Source of the DNA: Octopus sinensis
Lineage: Eukaryota
Assembly (NCBI RefSeq): GCF_006345805.1
Contig: NC_042999.1
Coordinates: forward strand, 98,332,001 to 98,396,000
Direction of reading: 5' to 3'
DNA length: 64,000 nt
Below the pieces are notes generated by a model that worked only from the letters and a program-made list of their open reading frames with translations, was not told the origin of the DNA and did not search any database. Shown in pieces: positions 60,781-64,000 of the stretch (positions are counted from its first letter, which is position 1; each line of letters begins with the position of its first letter). Made by a program: the position numbers and the translations under genes.

Positions 60781-63260
60781 GCGAGTCGCGAATTGTGTTG
60801 ATTAATTGGTTGAAGGAAAATGTAAGAGCGGTGAGTGTTGGATTGAGTTGTTATTGAAGATTTTATTTGAAAATTGTTATTGAAAATTGTTATTGTTGGA
60901 CCTCTTGAATTATATTGTTATCGAAATTACTTTCTACCCATTTTGGGGGATGGAAGGGGAAAGCTACGCTGCGGCAGCAGCCAAAAGCCTGTCTGCCGAC
61001 ACGATGCAAATGCGAGAAGTTGAAATGAACTACAAGGAGTTGGAAAAATATAAGGCATTATTTAAGAAGGAGGGAGACTGCCTCCAGTTGACACCGCCAG
61101 CAGAAGCAATGCAGAAAGCAGAAAAACAAAAAATTATTTACAGGACTCTGAACATGGAGTCGAAAAAAGTGGAAATAGCTAACACAGAAGAAATTGAAGA
61201 GGCGTTAGAAGCTATCAAGGATGTAGCCACTTTCTACACACGTGGAAGGAAGTTCGGTACAGTGGAGGTGCGCTTCGGTAGCGAAGAGGAAGCAAAAAAG
61301 CACTCCACTGTACCTTTAAGAACAGCAAAGTGGGTACTCTTGCCTACATATTGCAGGAAACGTGCCGCAAAGGTAAGAATAGGGAGAGTGCCCCCGGAGA
61401 TGGACGAGGCGTGGTTGGTGGCAGCTATCCTCTTCAATTGCAAGGAGGAGGTGGAGATAGTTAAGGTGGAGAGATCGAGAGAAATCAACTGGTGGGGGTA
61501 TGGACTCGAAGTCCTACTCCATATTTGCCTACCAGATCTCCACAAAATAGTAGAAGAGTTGGTGCTCCCCGACGAAACCAGACTGAGAGTCGTAGTGGAG
61601 AGGAGGTCCCCAATTTGCTACAACTGTAGAAATAGGGGGCACATGCAAGCAAGGTGCCCCCATAAGAAAGACCAAACACAGACTGAAGTGGGGGAGGTAG
61701 TCGTGGAAGAGTCGAAGGAGGAAACAACGATTGATAGAAAGCGTGCAAGGGTGGAGTCACCACCAAAAAACAAGAAAAAAGAAAAGACGAAGAACAGAGT
61801 AATGTAGTTGAAGAGGAAGGTTATGGAGAGAGTCGAACCACGGAACCAGAGATGTCAGTAAGTTATGAGAATGAGGAAACAATTTTTCTGGAATATGTAG
61901 GAATGAAACGAAGGACAAAGGAACAAGTGGAAGAACTTGACAGACGTGATTTGAAAGTAATGATGTCGTATACACAGAATGAAGATATTGCTAAAAAAAA
62001 TGAAAAAGATTAAGAATAAAATATGGGTGATAATGGACGAAAAGTGGTATAGCAAGGACATAAGATGCCTTCAGAGAGCGTTGTTGGGCGCTGGACAGAG
62101 GGACCGGTTAACTCGCTGGGAGTCTGGTTTGGATCAGGCCTCCAGATAGAGAAGAACTGGACGGAGGTTTCGAGCAGGGTGGCTGCAATAGTCAAGACCT
62201 GGTCTTGGCGGTGGCTATCCCTGAAAGGGAGGGCGGAGGTGGCCAATGTGTTTATCGCATCAGTCATTACCTACCGCCTGACCGTCGTGTCCTGTCCGGA
62301 TTCGTGGTTGACCAGATTGGGGAGACAGCTCTTTCGCTTTTGGTGAAAGGGCAGGTGGCCACTTGTGAAATGCTCTGTCTGTTGTCAAAATCCATTAAAA
62401 GGCGGTTTAGAGATGCCTTGGTTAATGATGCAGAGACATGCGTTGAGGTCGAGGCATCTCTGGATTTTCTTGGATGGTGAACGGGTGTGGTCTCCGCTGG
62501 CCAGACAAATGTTCACCGAGTTCAAACGTTTTTGCAAACAGGAAGCCTGGTGTTTTCGTAGACCGAGGTCGAGTGAATGGCATAAAGAGTGCCGTAAGGC
62601 CCTCCTGCTATTCCGGCGCTCGGGCAACGCCAGCGGTGGGGGCTCTTCACTAATTTTATATAGTGCGTTGGTAGAGTCTGAATGTCCAGTGTCCGGAGAT
62701 AACTGAAATGTGGGTTTATGCTGAACAGCTGTTGTCCGGCGAAGGAAGAGTACGGCTGTCGACTGAGTCAATTAGAAAAATTGACCCACCAGAAGTTTTA
62801 ACAAACGAAGGTAACAATTGTTTTCTCACGTTTGTAGCAATAGCGAAAGATGCTCTATAGAAGATTAGGATAAAAGGGATTAAGACAGGCAACTTCATCT
62901 TCGGCCACGATTTACGATCATTTTTTACTTTTCATTTGAAAAGGAAGGTATGGCTGGAGAAGAGGTGTCTGTCGGAGAGTATGTTCAAAAAGAGGTGGAA
63001 GCATGTTGCACGAGTGTTGTGCGTGCAAGGAAACGTGTGAATAGCCTATAAAAAAAACAAAAAAAAGGTACCAGCGATAGATCGGGGCTTGTGCGGTCGG
63101 AGCGTGGCTGATCATCGCTACATGTGTGTTATCTCTGTATTGTTAATCTCATTCGATTTTTAATAATTTTTATATTCATATTTTATGTAAAATCATAACG
63201 TATTACTGATACAGTTGTTTCGTCCATTTCTGTGTTTGTCCCCCTGTAGGCAATAAAGAA
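60781..63260 (+). mobile_element. Tx1/L1-like non-LTR retrotransposon with ORF1 and internally deleted ORF2
   Basis: ORF1 with CCHC knuckle; ORF2 post-RT motifs LGVWFG, NW, W..RWLSLKGRAEVAN, GGLEMP; C-terminal FKKRW; AATAAAGAAA at about 63252. Confidence 0.85.
60950..61807 (+). CDS. Tx1/L1-type ORF1 nucleic-acid-binding protein (285 aa; C-terminus probably frameshifted)
   Basis: ATG 60950; RRM-like VEVRF / VRIGRVPP segments; CYNCRNRGHMQARC = CX2CX4HX4C. Confidence 0.8.
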   Translation: MEGESYAAAAAKSLSADTMQMREVEMNYKELEKYKALFKKEGDCLQLTPPAEAMQKAEKQKIIYRTLNMESKKVEIANTEEIEEALEAIKDVATFYTRGRKFGTVEVRFGSEEEAKKHSTVPLRTAKWVLLPTYCRKRAAKVRIGRVPPEMDEAWLVAAILFNCKEEVEIVKVERSREINWWGYGLEVLLHICLPDLHKIVEELVLPDETRLRVVVERRSPICYNCRNRGHMQARCPHKKDQTQTEVGEVVVEESKEETTIDRKRARVESPPKNKKKEKTKNRVM

Positions 63261-64000
63261 ATTGGTATTTCGTTCTGAGTTCAAATTCCGCCGAGGTCGG
63301 TTTTGCCTTTCAGCCTTTCGGGGTCGATAAATTAAGTACCAGTTGCGTACAGGAATCGATCTAATCGATTGAACCACCTCCCCCAAATTTCAGGCCTTAT
63401 GCCTAGAGTAGAAAATAATATTGAGTAAATTGCAGAAGGTGGCGAGCTGGCAGAGTCGTTAGCAGCCAGGCGAAATGATGAGAAGCATTTCGTCCGTCTT
63501 TACGCACTGAGTTCAAAATCCCACCAACGTCGACATTACCTTGCATCCATTCGGGTTAAATAAAATAAGCACCAGTTGACTATTGATGTCAATGTAAACA
63601 ACTAACCCCTTCTCCGAAATTGCTGGTCTTGTGCCAAAATTTGAAACCAATATTGAATAAATTGTTGCCTCCTATGATGTAATAATAGAGAGGTCGTGAG
63701 TGAAAATCAAATGTAACTCATCCTACTTTCATATCGACTTCTCACTATTCTGGTATTTATTTTGTACATGATGCATACATCTCTTTTGACTACCGCATTT
63801 GCTGTACAGAATAATTTATTAAATAACTCAATAGAAGCGTGTGATATAAGTACATATTGAATAGTAACAGCTTCTAATCCACTGTTCGCAGATTGCAGTA
63901 TTATCCAATGTGTGGTTGCTATTTTAACATGGTGGGATGTACTTTAAGGGAGATTTGAAAAGCAATGGTGGTGAACTTTGGAGTATTGGGAGAATATTGC

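Overview
AT-rich, repeat-dense animal genomic DNA. The SINE/LINE repertoire looks like an octopod cephalopod (inference, not proven). One protein-coding gene is fully resolvable: RIOK3 (RIO kinase 3) on the + strand, 11 coding exons from 13436 to 37529. All introns are GT-AG and phase-compatible, giving 580 aa with intact [21 protein letters not shown] and IDVSQSV motifs. The rest is mobile DNA: Penelope-like elements (RT + GIY-YIG), an RTE LINE with a C4HC3 PHD finger inside its RT ORF, Tx1/L1-like, R4/Dong-like (restriction-like endonuclease) and Ty3/Gypsy remnants, an internally deleted piggyBac, several MITEs, Helitron-type ends, three tRNA-derived SINE families, two tRNA pseudogenes, microsatellites and a 28-bp intronic minisatellite. 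The most notable signal is absent from the ORF track: six sequence-unrelated minimal type I hammerhead-ribozyme motifs between 1.0 and 11.5 kb, plus a broken half at 51.6 kb, mostly associated with Penelope-type ends and fold-back structures. They include a U3-A8 compensatory core, two U4C cores, a branched stem II and a ~90-nt structured stem II. Ribozyme activity is inferred from hand-read pairing only. Repeat boundaries are approximate; exon, TIR and ribozyme coordinates were counted by hand.
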